From Raillietiella orientalis (Eukaryota): a stretch of DNA of 64,000 bases. Below are positions 1 through 13,815 of this stretch, in pieces. The notes below the pieces were generated by a model. It was not told the origin of the DNA. It did not search any database and was given only the letters and a program-made list of their open reading frames with translations. The first letter of the stretch is position 1, and each line of letters begins with the position of its first letter. The stretch lies in assembly GCA_036172245.1 (NCBI GenBank), contig JAYWIR010000004.1, forward strand, positions 5,022,001 to 5,086,000, read 5' to 3'. Both the position numbers and the translations under genes were made by a program.

Positions 1-2285
1 AAGCTCAGGAATGGGAAAAATAAATTTGCAAGTGCTTATTTTTCTCTGTATGCTGGACTCCTTGGCTTTCCATCACTCTTTCAGATTTATTGCTATGCAA
101 TATTTCAGGGACCTTAAGCAAACAAAAAATTTTTTTTCCGAGTTCACTTACAAGTCATGTTGTTACCACAAGCATGCTGAAGTGATAATTTGCTATAGTC
201 AATTACAGGATTCTAAGCCAGTTGAATTCCACGGGGAGAGAAACTAAATTTCATACACCTTATATTATTCAAAGAAATGAAAATTTCCTTGAATAAAATA
301 ATGTGCAAATGAATGAGCATCCACCAAGCAATGAGAAGCAATCCATCTGTAAACTATATTTATTTGGAGTCGAGAATGTATCAAAAATCATCTCGTTGCA
401 AACAGCTTTCCATGATGGTGGCGTGAAGCCTCCACGAAATCCTGTTCAAAATATTTGTTGCGCAAAAGAAGGCAGCGGAATCGAAGACAGGCGACGAACG
501 GAAACCTTACTTACAAAAGGAATGGTTTTATTGATGTCAACCTCTATGGTAATGGTATAGCTTGAAAATAAGACTGATTTCTTGTATGATTTCGTATTTT
601 CCGGAGTTTTTAATGTACATAAAATCCCATTTACTTGCATTCGGAACTTTGTCAACATTTTTCAAAGCCAAGTTGTATGGTAATCATTAAATAGCGGCGT
701 AAATAATTAGGAAGCTATAAATGTTTATCATAAAACTGATGGTGAAAAAATTCTTAATCTCTTATTTCCTCAAACGAATCTCATAATGTGCTGTCTTCTT
801 ATTTTTGGAACTTACGCATACTGAGTATGTTTTTTTCTTTTTACTATTCTTTGGATATGAAACTTATTAAGAATAGACATCATAATAATCATGAATGTTT
901 AATTACCTATGAAACAATAAAAGCCAGAAAACAAGGAAGGCATTACTCACACTTGAGATTAATTGCCTTTTGTTTGTTGCCTGTCTTCATATGTGTTTTT
1001 TCCTTCTTAAGAAGTGCTGTTGTTCAGAAGGGAGATTAACCAATAAATTAAGCACTGTACAATTTTGAATCAGCTCATGGTAAATTTTGGTAAATTTTGC
1101 TAAGTGTGATTGATGTGACAATCATTCAGAGCTAGCAAGCAAGTTGTACTTTTCATAAATTTATGTATTCAAACTGAAAACTAATTAATAATTTACCAAA
1201 AGTTTCAGTTTACATACATAAGCATTTAAAATGTCCAAGCAAACTTGGACTTTTACAACTTTCGAATTCTCGGTTGAGCTTTTTTGTATGATGTAGTGTG
1301 AATTGATATGTTAAATGAGATTCTTGCTTTTAATTAAGAATGAAAGCTTCCAATATAGATTTCAGGTTGGAAATTTCACAAATGTTCTGCATCGGTTTGG
1401 GGCAACAGTTAAAGGGAGGAAAGTGCGTGATCCACAAAATCCAAAAAATGCTAAAACATTCCATGATTCATTAATGAATTGCAAAGTCATTGCAAAAGTC
1501 ATTGTAAACTTGGCCAACTTATACTTTCAACGCAGTATCGATCAGCAGAGGAGGACGACTTTATATAAACCCTGGAACTGTGGCCCTAAAACGTGCAAAA
1601 TGCTAAAATTTGTATTTCCAATATGTATGATTAAATAGGAGAATAAGTTAGATGAAAACCGGCAATTCCATACGAGGCCGAAAAAACGATATGTTTCAGC
1701 TTTTTGAATTGTAGGTCCAAGCCTTAGATAATTTTGTAACCCTAGAACTTTAAAGACATCAAGAAACTCAGAAATCGAAGGAACATGTATAGGCTTGAGT
1801 ATCCTGTACTTTCAGCATACAGGAATTTGTCTACGTCATAAGTTTATGGTAACCATTTTGTTAGATGCGTGACGGTAGTTCCGCTTGTAGTTGTTCGTGA
1901 TGATTGCTAGTGATTAAATTTCAGTAACGGCTTATAGTTTGTTTTTTTTGTTTTTTTTTTTACAAAGATTCTTGTAAAATAACAGCAGCTAGCTTAATGT
2001 GTGTGCTTTTTATGAAAATTTTCTTGTGAACTTTGTTTTTCATTTCTTTGAAATATTCTAGTTTGAAATTTCTGCAATTTCATCGAATAGTCTTATGTGT
2101 AGGGATAAAATGTGTTCATTTGAATCGCTTAAATTTTGAGAGTAATATGCCTGTTTTGCAAAGTTTTAATATGCATGAACATTAGCATCAATCAGATTCG
2201 TAATCTGATTGTTACAATTTCTATCGATTTTTACTGTCATTTTAACTTCAATAAAAGAGACCAAATATGAAAAACAAGAAAAGTA

Positions 2286-5200
2286 ATGTCTGAAGAAACC
2301 ATTGTAAGTAAAAAGAAATTAGCAGAGCTCCGTGTTGTTGAACTTCGAGCTGAATTAGAGAAACGCAATCTCGACAGAAATGGTGTTAAGGCAGTTCTTT
2401 TAGAAAGATTGCAAAAGGTGAATAGCTGATTAAAAAATTTGTAGATATTTGTTGTGTAGGTTCTGCAGGATGAAGGCCACAATCCATCTGAATATACTTT
2501 CGAAATTACAGAATTGAAAGGCAAAGTTGCACGAAGGAGCAGTAAGATGACTTATGATCACTTATTTAAATAGTTATCGTAGCATCTTCAGATCGCGATA
2601 ATGATAGTGATGTTGGTAATGATGCCGATTTATTGTTAGAAGTAGATGCAGATTTTGATGAAGATCAACCATATGCTGAAGAGATGTCTAGCAGTAGTTT
2701 TGTAGTTAATGGAGATAGTTGTCAATTGATGTCAGAGAAAACTAAGGTGAGATTTTAGTTTTAATGTGCAGGCTGCACTCTTGTTTCAAGCATTTGCTTA
2801 AATTTATTTTACGCCTGCGAAATTACATCTCTTAACCTATTCCCACTTGTTTTACAAGCTGGTCATTTTAAAGAGAACACAGTTGTATTAAAATATGTTG
2901 TTACAATTTGTTTATCGGATACAGGTAGAAGGCCCAACTGTTGATCATGAAGATTCTATTAATCTGACTGTGGAAGATGATGATAGCTTATGGAAAGAAG
3001 AGGAAGAGGTAAATTGTGTAAAACCTTCATCTTTTGCATTGTCTTTCATAGATTGAAGGCATGACAAAAGATGAAAAGGAATTCAGAAGTAAAGGTTAGT
3101 AACTTGGATTAAGAATGCTCTGGGCAGTACGTGATTGGGGTGGGTTGCATTGGATGAATGACTCGGATTGACATTCAAAGCAAGACGTGTAAACAGAAGA
3201 AAAGAAGAAAGAAGACACTTTGCTTTAAGTTCAATCTACTCATTTTACATTAGAATAACACTTGAGTGTATTGTTGTCACTCAGCATGATCTTCATCGTT
3301 CACTGGCTCACTTCGTTCCAGCAGTTCTTGCAAGCAAAGAAAATGGCGAAGAAAAAGCATCCCTGACAGATTCGTCGATTCTTCCAGAGCTGACCCCAGT
3401 GGTAGCTCCACTGACTGTGCAGGATACTCTTCAAATGGCAGCTAACAAAACTCGTCGTGCAGATGATGATATTTCAATGTTGGTGAATGTTGATGAAAAT
3501 AGTCTTCGCGATGAGCCAGTTAGCCTTCTGGAAAGGCAAGAAGGAACTTCAAGTCAACAAGATGGAGGTGAAGTTGTCAGGACAAACAAAAGTGAAGATG
3601 ATCAGGACAAAGGACAGGGAAGGATGCTACAGGAAGGGATGGATGATACTGAAGAAGCCTTAAGTGAATCAGCCAAACTGAAGAGGTTGGTCCCTTCTTG
3701 TACAATCAGATATTTGATTTCAGAATGGGGGGATTTTATTTCTTATGAGATTGGGGATGGTATAGCTTTAATGCCTCTGGAAATTGGGGAGATAACTCAA
3801 TGGCATCAACATGAGCCTGCTACTTATTTTAGTGCTGCATTGGCACGTGAAAGCCGCTCAGTTACACATGAATGTGGGGAGGAAGGTTGGGAGCGCAATA
3901 ATAGAGGGGTTGCTCCTCGTTCCTCTAAGTCTTTGGGAAGCCGTAATGTTTGGGTCAGTGGGCTTTCATCATTAACTAGAGCCAGTGACCTGAAACAAAT
4001 CTTCAGCCATTATGGGAAAGTATGTGTGGGAGATCTAGTAATATGAGGTTTCTGTTGGCACCACTCTAGGTGTTGGGAGCAAAAATTGTAACTAACTCGA
4101 GAAATCCAGGAGCACGGTGCTATGGATTTGTTACTATGGCTACTAGTGAAGATGCTTCGAATTGCATACAACATTTGCATCGCACCGAAGTGCGTGGACG
4201 TGTCATTTCCGTTGAGAAGGTGGGGAGTTGAAGCTGTGAATTAAGTGGCATTCTTTTGGCCCTGCAGGCACGCCATGAAACAAGTCATTCTCCTCGCAAA
4301 TCTGAACGTAGCAACCAAACTGCAGAATCAACTGAGGAACGTAGGATGAATACCATTGTTTCTGATGAAGGAACAAAAGAAGGAGATAAAATGATACAGG
4401 ACGCTAATAAAGAATCTGATCTGGTTTACAAGAAGGATGATAATCACGAAGGAAAAAATGATCCTGTTAACCAGGATGATTGTAGATCAGCACGTGAGGA
4501 TGGACAGATGCTACCTAGACCCTCGTCTGGACTATCTCATACACGAAGTCTGAGCCATGGTCGACGCCCAAGAGATGTGCTTACTTTCGACAAGATTAAG
4601 GTTGAGGGATGGGATTGATTTACCTGAAGTGATGGGCAATCATAGGAAGAACGTGAGAAGCAGCGAGCACGTGAACGAGAAAGAATATTCCGTGAGGAGG
4701 AGCGTAGAAGACGCCAGGAAATTTTTCGACAGCGTGAAATAGAAAGACGACAACGTGAAGAGGCATACCGCCTGGAGAGGTGTGCTTCTGCCTAAACAGA
4801 AAGAATCCAGAAATGAAATGAAAACATATTTTACATTTCAGGGAAAGAGAACGATTACGTGTGGAAAGAGAAAAAATAGAAAGAGACAAGGCTGAGCTTA
4901 TAAGACTAGAGAGGGAGAGGCAACGATTGGAAAGAGAACGTATAGAAAGAGAGAAGGAGGAATTACGACGCCAACAGATGAAGTATGCATGTATGTCCGA
5001 ATTTATTCTCTTATTTGTATTGTAGAATTGAAGTTGCTCGTCGAGCTGCTAAGAGGACTTTGGATGAACGTCCTCTGTATGAAGAACGTAAACGACCGGC
5101 GTTTGAACGTATTGAAGGTCGCCGCTTTCCTGAAGATCGTCGATTTGAACCACCTGACAGAGATGTGCGAGCATTTGAACGGCGTGACCGTAGCGAACCA

Positions 5201-5953
5201 TATGATCGTAAGATAGAGCGCTTTGACAGACCAGGTGGTCGTCATGAAGAAGCACCAAGAAGATTTGATGAGCGTGCAGAGCGAGAACGTAGGGTTGAAA
5301 GAGATCGGTAAGAAGGCTCTGAATTTATGGAAGGTAATACTTGGGAAGGGGGTTTATAGGCGGGAGGCGGAATTTGAGGGCAGACATGCTAAAGAAGGTC
5401 GGAGGGTGGTAGGCAGAGATCGAGAGCGTTATGGTGAAAGGGGTGTGCCTTGGGATCCTGGTCAAAGGTAGTATGCTGATCAGTCACAATACTAAGGACT
5501 AATGACTTGAGTAGAGGTCCACCTGGAGGGGGCCCAAAGATGGCTGGACCAGGTCCAGCTGGAATGCCATCAAGCTTTCCTGTTAATCAAGTGCTTCTGG
5601 GAAACGGGGTAGGCGCCCCCCCGCGCGGGGGTCCAGGGGTCGATTCCTGGGGGGGCGCAGGTGAAATGACAGCTTTTAGCCGTGCTATTGAGAGTGGCCT
5701 TGGTCCAGGATCTGGTTGGGGACACCCTTCAGCAAGTGGAACCAGAGGCCGTTGGTCCTCTAGCCCTGATCCTATGGGCAATTTGAATCGTGTGACAAAT
5801 ATGTCAGCGTTGACACCAACTCTGCTTGGACATCCAAATGCTCTTTCTCTGCCCCAAGGCATGACACATCTTGGACTTGGTATCAATGTAGGCAGTGCAT
5901 CATTTGTCGATCATCTAGATCCATATGATATGGCTGGCTTACGCCGATTTTGA
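2286..5953 (+). CDS. SAFB: Scaffold attachment factor B / SLTM-like protein (SAP + RRM + Arg/Glu-rich + Gly-rich tail), ~880 aa
   Basis: Exons 2286-2417, 2460-2541, 2583-2746, 2925-3008, 3052-3094, 3322-3685, 3833-4019, 4070-4219, 4268-4600, 4646-4779, 4842-4982, 5026-5307, 5360-5467, 5515-5953; all introns GT-AG; total 2643 nt, in frame. SAP domain [35 protein letters not shown]-type [52 protein letters not shown]...[15 protein letters not shown]. Intron 3686-3832 is uncertain because it is in frame and stop-free. Confidence 0.93.
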
Positions 5954-6009
5954 CCCCTCTATGTGCTGCTGATAATTTTGCTTGTGTTATTTTTTTTTTA
6001 TTGTCTGTC

Positions 6010-6015
6010 AATAAA
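6010..6015 (+). promoter_or_regulatory. Polyadenylation signal of SAFB
   Basis: AATAAA 56 nt after the SAFB stop codon. Confidence 0.55.
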
Positions 6016-7689
6016 ACTTTCCATCAAATGTCATTGAGGCATATAAAAAATGCGATATCCATCGCCTTGCTCATGTGGACAAGTGCAGTCTCCAAAGCTC
6101 TATGTTTCGAAATTCTCAGTTGTGGAAATTTTGCAAACCAGAGAAGCTTTTTCAGGTAGATTTTGCACCATGACAAAACATTTGCATGTGATGCACTGCG
6201 AAGCATTAAGCGTGATGATTTACCCCGAATATTCAATAAACTCGGTAGTTTATTACTAGTAATAATGTGTGTCTTGAACTGGAGATTTCAACGGTGTACC
6301 AGTAATTCTATGACTTGGTGTTTGCTTCAGCTCCCAGTCTGGAACAAGGTAGGATGATAAAATTGTGCAACTGAAAAGCACAGGAAGCCCCTGCAGTCTC
6401 ATGTAATTTTGGAAATAAACGAATCGTTACTGGCAAAATTCTCAGTAGCTCTGACCGACAAGCATTAGAATAATGGTCGTTAGTTTTCCCACGGGTGTTG
6501 CAGGACGGTTTGTAGTTTTATTATCGATTATCTGATCGTCATCGGCGGGGGTTTACGTAATCTTGAGGCAGTAGGCATAACAACAGGAACTCGTTTCAGA
6601 AGTTTTGCTTTATATAAGTTGAAAAGCCTTGTGGCTGAATGAAGTGTACTGTGTCCAGTAATCCCGATGGTGGATAATGGATACGTGAAACGTGTACCAA
6701 CAGGCTTTTACAATGGAGGTACTATAGTTTGGCAGCTGTTTCAAAAAAATCAATATATCTCGTCTCTTCCTGCAAGTGCAGCACAGTAAATGAAGAATAA
6801 TGTATTGATATCTATTTTAATTCGGTTTTCATGAACTTTGGGCTTGAATTGAATACGTGAGACGTCAATAGCTCGATTTGACATAATACGCTGTCTTCGT
6901 TGATGCATACAGAGTGTTTTTAGGAAAATTATCAGTGGTTTTAAAAAGTCTTCCCAGATAATAAAGTGTATAGTTTTTAAGTGGTATGGAAGTCAGTATA
7001 TGTTTTTCTCTTATATGCACGAAAGTGTGAAAAGTACATTCTCACATTAAAAACAATATATCTCAGTTGACAGCAAGAGCATCTGCTAAATCCCTACACT
7101 GAAAACTGAATGTACAGTGACAGTGGAATCAATGGAGAAATATTGTGGACTCCACGTGTGAAGAAAATATCATTCTTATACGAAATGTCTGAATTTAGTA
7201 TCCACAACCATAAATATATGTACAGAAGTATTTAAAGTTTTTTTTGTCTCGTTTTTTACCTCACATGCATCCAATTATGTAGAGTATGGCTAATTCTCAA
7301 CTTGATGCTATCTCAAACAGTAGGATTAAAAATAATAATTTGAAAATTTCTGGCATTTCAGTTCATAATTTTCTTTTTAATATTGGCCATTCGAATGCCA
7401 AATAATACAGACGGGCAATGAATAGCACAAATGCATTGCGTATTATTTATTAAAAAACAGATATTGGAAATTTCTTCCAGTACCTTTCGTATGAACAAAT
7501 TTGATTCCCATAAATGAATGTGGACCAAACAATAACTCGAAAATTGGAAATCAAGTGTATTACTGCTAATCTGATGCTGCTGCAAATATACTGGCAACTT
7601 TTGCACAAACAAACCAAAACAAAAACAAAAAATTGAATCTATCGATTTGTATGAAAAATTATCTGGAACTAAGAATTATGATGCCAAAA

Positions 7690-8315
7690 TTTCAATAGAT
7701 ACGTGTGACAATCGAAAACATGTGCATTAATATCATCAAGAACTAATGAAGTGATCCTCGAATTGCCTACAAGGCAAGTATGAAATCTGAAGGATAGGCA
7801 GACTTAGAGATGGAACAGTTTCTGGAAATTTGATATTTTGATTTTCTGGAAAGTAGGATAAAAGATATGGAAATCACGCTTTTGGAGAAGTCCCAAGAAA
7901 AACAGTGAAAGTTGATTCACGAAGTTGCACGAAGCTGAGATTGTCTCGAGAAAACATTAGGTTCTTGAATTTTTGAACGTACATATCACTCAAATAGTTC
8001 ATTCGGATTGTACAGTTTACAGGGCAACCACAGCACCTACCGTATTGATGTGAGTTAGTAGCAATGCTGATTCGTTTGCAAAGAGTTTGAAAATAGTACT
8101 AATCCTAATTGGGGGCCGCAAAATTCTCAATAGTTGATCATAAAACTTGCCTATAGGAATTTTACTGTCTAAGGAAGCAAACTTTGTATGATAAAGAATG
8201 ATGAACTTTTTTGGACATTAAAAAAGTAATCATTTCTGGAAGATACAGGATGCTGCAAAAGAGAGATTGAAAAACAAAGGCGATTCACTTCATAGAGTTG
8301 TTTAGAGGATACATT
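7690..8315 (+). mobile_element. Decayed RTE (BovB-like) LINE, 3' half of ORF
   Basis: Collinear degenerate motifs across stops and frameshifts: FDFLESRI (FxYLGSxI, 7837-7860), IVHSDC (VxLYGC), YRIDV (RRIDAF), MNFFGH (LKYFGH; FFGH at 8207-8218), LEDT...EIEKQRR (LEKTLMLGKIEGRRRRG). Confidence 0.6.
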
Positions 8316-9559
8316 TCCAAGAGGAAGTTGTATGGCTAGAAAACACATGTATAAAAAACAGTACTTGATCTCTTGTTTCTTTGCTTTCCTTACGACTTTT
8401 TTCCTGTATGCTAAGCACTATGTAACTTTCAAAAGGTGCTGTGACGGCAACTCTGAAATCCAATATCCTATTTCATGAATTGAGTTTGTGCAATGGACTA
8501 ATTTTAGTAATGCTAGGCTCCTGACTAGGTTTTCCCGAAACTTTTTTGGTAGGAGTTCTGCAGGAATACTTTTATGATTTCTATTGCTTCTTTGATCAAT
8601 CTGTAGATTATAAGCAACCGTCTCTTGAATACATGTTTGTCACAACCGTTGCTCTTCTCTGGAACTGGCTCCATACTCAGTGCGTTGTAAATATTATGCT
8701 TATATGTGAAACACTCCTTGAATTGATATTCCGAGTCTCACTTTTGATTTTATTGCAAAATACGATCTTCACAATGTGATATTATGAAAATAAAAAAGAG
8801 TACATCGACTTTAATCAGTGTTAGCTACCTGTCAACGTGACCTCTCTTCAGAAATATAAAAAAGAGCTATTCCGATATTCTCTGTTTTTTGATCATTCCG
8901 GAATTATTAGATATTTGCTCATTTAGAATAGTAGGCATAAAGTTCTCGATTTGCAGCTTCGTTTATTTCGCAGCTTCCTGATACGATGTTTCGACTTTAA
9001 GTAAATGTAAGCTTCTTGCTACGGTCACTAGTGTCCCTTTTCTCTTCCATCAAAGTGTAACTAGTTTCTTGTTCAAGGCTCACATAAACAGTTGCTAATT
9101 TGTAATTAAGCGCTCCAAGGTATCCATTTTCAATGAGGCAATGAACTTGCTATGTAACTATTAGTAGCAAAATAATGATGCATTCCAAGGATTCAAGATG
9201 GATGAGGACTTCAGCACAAGCCGTAATTCAAAAACGAAATTTTTTTTTTCGAGTTATTTGACCAGGACTTTGATTTCTTGAGAATGCAAAATTTCTTTTG
9301 TTGTCTGAAATTTACCTTACCGTGAAACATTAGCTACAATTAAATAAATGAGTAGTTTCGCACGAGTTTATTTGGGATATTTGTGTTAGCAATGCGTTCA
9401 AAATGTTCGCTCTTTTTGTTCTCGAAAATCGAAGGGAAAAATGCAATGAGGTCCGCAATGAGGTCTCATGTACGTGTTGGGTTACAAATGATCTAAACAG
9501 GCGCATCATTCATTACTGCTCTTTGTCCACTGTGCGAATCACTGTCGATGGCACTTCCG

Positions 9560-10236
9560 CATTTGCACAAAGATTAAACTTTTCTTGAATATACAGTTGG
9601 GATCACAGTCATCATTCCCATGAGTTAACTCCGCGTCATGTGTGGAAAGTATAACTGCGAAGATGCAAGTGGACAAGGATGCTCTGCAAAGACAGAAGGT
9701 CATCGCATTAGAAGCCAAGTAAGATTTCGGTTGATAGCAATGAGTCATCAATCCCTTGCGGAGTAGCGATTGACATTTTCACATTCAAATTCCTGATCAT
9801 CATCATTACTTTAGGAGATCGATTTCAGCAAAGTGCGAACGAACTACACCCCCTCCCCCCTTATGTTCCAAAAAAAATAAGGCCTTTCAATTTCATTTTG
9901 GATATAGCATTGAAAATACGAAAGATCTTGGCATATTTTCCTGATATGATGTGAAATCGCAAAAGCGGATTTCTTTTCAGTAAAAATATGTAAATTAAAG
10001 ATAAATCTAGATACTTTATTGGCAACTAAATAAATTGAAGCTATCCAAAATGATTTACAGAAAGACAGTATCGACAGATGACATAATAACCGATCTGGTA
10101 AATTTTCATGATCACGAAGGCAATCTTGAGTGGAACCAACAACACAGTCAGTAGGATTATTTCTCATTTTAAATAATATGGAAAAAGCATGCTTTTTTTC
10201 CCGCAGTTCTGGATGATTCTGAATTTTATTTGTCAT
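9560..10236 (-). mobile_element. Decayed non-LTR (RTE-like) RT fragment
   Basis: ORF 9844-10236: NKIQ...KHAFSILFKMRNNPTDC (NKIW..WKHAxIxPLFKKGDPTDC) and IFTEKKSAF (ILPEEQSGF). ORF 9539-9751: SLSTCIFAVIL (LSPxLFxxxL). Confidence 0.5.
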
Positions 10237-10917
10237 ACATAATTTTGTTAACCATAATTTCGTTCAAATGCTTTTGTGTTTGCTGGTTACCCTGCTTGAG
10301 AATCATGCGTGTTCCATAAGATTCTTCCAACCATAGGAGTTCATTCTCGGGATGTCTGCCCCTGACTTGGCTTATCCGGCTTCAAAAGTAGGGGAGCGCA
10401 TGTAGGCAGCAGATCTGCCTTCAGAAATTTAAACGACCATTCTGAATTGGAGTGCATGAGTGACAAATGAACCCAAAGTCGAATGAGAAGTCTGATGGTT
10501 TGCAAAAAACTGGAAACGCCGCCAGTAGTTAAAAATTCGAAATGAGAACAACAACGAGTAGTTTAATTACTCGCCTAACTCCTTCAAATACGGCAATATA
10601 TACATAAAAAAAAAATGCGGTTTCTCCAACGCTTTTCAGACGACAACTTCTGGCTGTGCCCTGGAAAGTCGAATATTGTAAGCCGCAGCACGGGAAAACA
10701 TGCTGACGTTCCAATTTATCATGAAAAAATGATTTGCAGAAAGACTGCAAAAAAGCGTGGCTTCAATTTCCTCTTCCACTGATTGATTTTCAGCTGAGGG
10801 GCTACAAAGGAAGTTTTTTTTTTTTTTTTTTCTTTTCGTCGATCATACTAAAAAGCCCTTGTAGGCAGGTATCTTTGGATCACCTCACCTACTGGTTGCA
10901 CCCCTTCCATCCCAATC

Positions 10918-11070
10918 GTGCTCGGGTCTTGCCCCATTAAAATGAATAATCGCCAACCATCAGTCACTCGAAAAATCCCCAGTGATTTTCCTTTCGGTTA
11001 TGCATTCGCTGCTGTCAATTATTACACCAATTACAGTCTGGCAATTTGCCACTTACAATTTGGCAATTCT
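10918..11070 (+). mobile_element. Decayed non-LTR RT fragment
   Basis: CPIKMNNRQPSV (FPIxxGVRQGS) followed ~30 aa later by ICHLQFGNS (ISHLQFADD). Confidence 0.4.
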
Positions 11071-11399
11071 GCTGGAATTAGGGAGGCTCAAGGAATTGCA
11101 GGTTTCGAGTGGAAAGCAGTTTTTTTGTAACTTGCAGATTTTTCATATTTCTTGCACATTTCCATCAGAGGCCATTTTGAATCCCAGGGAATGCGTTCCT
11201 GTGCTTTCCGTTTGCTTGGATGTTCGATTCCATGGAAGTGAGGAGGAAAACTCGATAAGCTGGTTTTCCGTCCAGTAAGCCTTGAAACAAAGGTTCCTCC
11301 TGGAGTCTCATGCCAACGGGAAGCTAGGTCCGGGGAATTTTCTCAGAGACCCAAAAATACATCTCTGACGACCATGAAGGAGCTGGCAGTATGGACTGG

Positions 11400-12210
11400 G
11401 AATCCTCATCTGAACTTCGATTGGGCTCTTCAGCTGACCTTGCCATGTTCTGTGGAAACTGAACAGTGCCTCATGGTCCTATAGATCAGGTATATAGAAG
11501 CATCCGAAGGATTTCTATATTTTCGTATGGACCTTGCAATTACACGGGAGGCTGCAACAGACCTTCTCTAATGCCGAAACCTATGTGTGATAAGGACTTT
11601 GGAAGGAAAGATGCAGAGTTTAATCCCAGATGAGGAAGCATCCGTAAATTCCAGGTAATCACCTAGAGATTCAAGTGATCAGACAGCGGAAAAAGGAAAC
11701 AAAACACGGTAATAGAGTGATTAAACTAAGTTTTGCTTCCGGTTTGTTTTTCTCGGGATGGACGCACTCGCATTGCATTTTGAAATTTTAGCTAACTCTA
11801 GTTTACATCTCCAAGCCACCTGAGAGCAGATTCCGATTCCATACACAACTGGCAAGGGGAAAACGCAGGCTTTATGTGCATGATTTTATCAGCTGTAACC
11901 GAGCTCGATATCTCACGTACCAATATCTGCTTATAGCCAGAGAAATCTGGTTGTTTTAAACGTCCGTGGTCTTTTGAAGTTGGAAAAAGCCAAGGCAATC
12001 TTAGAATTAGAATTTCCACTAGTGTCTTCCAGTCCTTCGTTATTTTCTCATTTTCTTTGTTTTGTTTTGTTTTGGCTTTTTTTTTAACTTGCATGGTTTG
12101 ATCCCATTTATTCCCAGATAGCGGATAATTCTCTTTGCTTATCAGCAAAGGATCTGAGAGTAGCAAATTTGTTCATCGTTTGCGTAGTCCATCAGACCTG
12201 GATAGTCATC
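11400..12210 (-). mobile_element. Decayed non-LTR (RTE-like) RT fragment
   Basis: In order: PG(P)DGL with a 1-nt deletion near 12195, KITKDWKTLVEILI (KIPKDWKTAVIxPI), NNQISL (NYRxISL), DKIM..AFSP..LCME..SALR (QAGFRP.RSC.DQIFALR), GIREGLLQ near 11560. Confidence 0.5.
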
Positions 12211-13619
12211 AGTGCTCCACGCTAATCAGGAAAATGGCATTTCCTGATTAATCCTATTTTTTTTTCCCTTCGATTTCCGAGAATAAAACGAATTGCTGAA
12301 AAACTGTTCTAAATCTTTTCCTGTACACTGCATGCTCGCCCTTTTATTGCTGAAACAAACGAATCTTCAACAACTGCGTTTCCTCTGTTTTCTCCGTTCA
12401 TTTGCTATCCCCAATCAAAGTGTGCAGCAGTTCCGTCCAAAAAAGCTGTCTTGCTGTTTGCTTCTGTTCCGCATTTTTTTGCAACCACACAATCCTTAGA
12501 GGAGGCTGGGCACTCACTCTTCAATAGATTACAGGCTAGGTATTCGCTGGCCGTAATACTTTTTCATTCTTTTTGCAAATTCCACCTGATTGCTTATTTG
12601 ATCGCTCTTCGAGGTATAAGCTCACCTCTGTTTAGCAACCAGTGCAGGCATTATATTTTACTGGAAGCGAATCGAGAGTGCAGTTGCATCGGAACTGCAA
12701 AAAATGAGTCTTGCGATGAACTCATTTGTGCATGTGAATCATTACATGCCATTACTTACTATTAATTACTCAGCCATTTTCCCTGTTCATTTTTCAGGAA
12801 TCTTGCTGTTGCTTGCTTACTGGGTTGCCAGACCGAACACTTACAAAGAAAAAAACACGATATGCACTCGAAGGCGTTAGCAGCCTTACATTATTTGTGT
12901 TCAGTGCAACATTATTATTTTTTTCTCATCTCCGCGTGAGACAATTTCCAGCTTCCGTGCATCTGAAGATTTCTTTACCGTTTCCCATATCCACTCTTCC
13001 GTTGTAAATCTATTACCATGTCGTGATTATCGTGGAAAGCATGTTATCACCTCTAATGATAAAGGCATGTGTGTCAAAGAATCATGGCTTTCTCATTCTA
13101 AATTTAGGATGGATTTGCTCCTGCGTCGTCTCGGTTCTTCAACCAGCTTGGTTTGCATCCCTCCGATTTTGCTGCCCCGAACGGTGTTTACCTCATTTCA
13201 GTTTTCGTCAGTTTCCGTTGTGCTTTCCGTCATTATCAACTGGAAATTGATGAATTTGGGTCGATGTGAGTAGGCATCATTTTATGCCGCATTCGTGGGT
13301 GAAGTTTTCACGTGTACACGAAGCTGTTGTTGATGTCTCCTAGCTGCTGCTCTTGATCCACCATCTCAGCTGTCAGTTTTCTTCTAGCATTTTCGTCTAG
13401 CCCATTCAATTATGGAATTTTTCATTATTCCGATACGCCTCTATTTCCTTTGTGTTCCGAAAAATTAAACGAAATGCTGAAAAAGAACATCATTCGATTT
13501 CCTTATAATACTTGCAAGCAAAGAGAAGTGATTTCCACCCGAGTTTTACACTTCGAAAATGAGCAATGATCCGTGTCCCTGAAGAATACATACTAAAAGT
13601 TACATTTTCTGGTTGAAAT

Positions 13620-13646
<27 letters not shown>
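13620..13646. repeat. (AC)n microsatellite
   Basis: Direct reading; similar tracts at ~22782-22804 (TG) and ~30309-30328 (AC). Confidence 0.9.
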
Positions 13647-13650
<4 letters not shown>

Positions 13651-13815
13651 CAAGACATTGAAGACTATCCATTCCTTCAAAGCAAAGGCTGAATAAAATC
13701 TGAAAAGTTTTTGAATGACAAAAAACACTGTTTTCCCTAATTTCGTGATGGCTTAGAAAACTTCCAGATCATTAAGAACTACGGGTCCGTTTCATAAAAA
13801 TGAAAATGGTTTGCT

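Noticed and set aside
1..2200. Short ORFs upstream of SAFB
   Set aside because: No domain similarity or consistent exon chain; exons of a gene outside the window cannot be excluded
5951..6037. SAFB TGA-C readthrough adding hydrophobic PLYVLLIILLVLFFFYCLS
   Set aside because: T-rich 3' UTRs routinely translate as hydrophobic, and AATAAA falls inside the extension
6622..6709. SECIS-like fold (ATGAA...AA...TGAA)
   Set aside because: The AA is 16 nt from the core rather than 11-13, it lies beyond the SAFB poly(A) signal, and no selenoprotein ORF is present
12223..12250. 11-bp perfect inverted repeat taatcaggaaa/tttcctgatta
   Set aside because: Isolated and short, with no element body or target-site duplication to support a MITE
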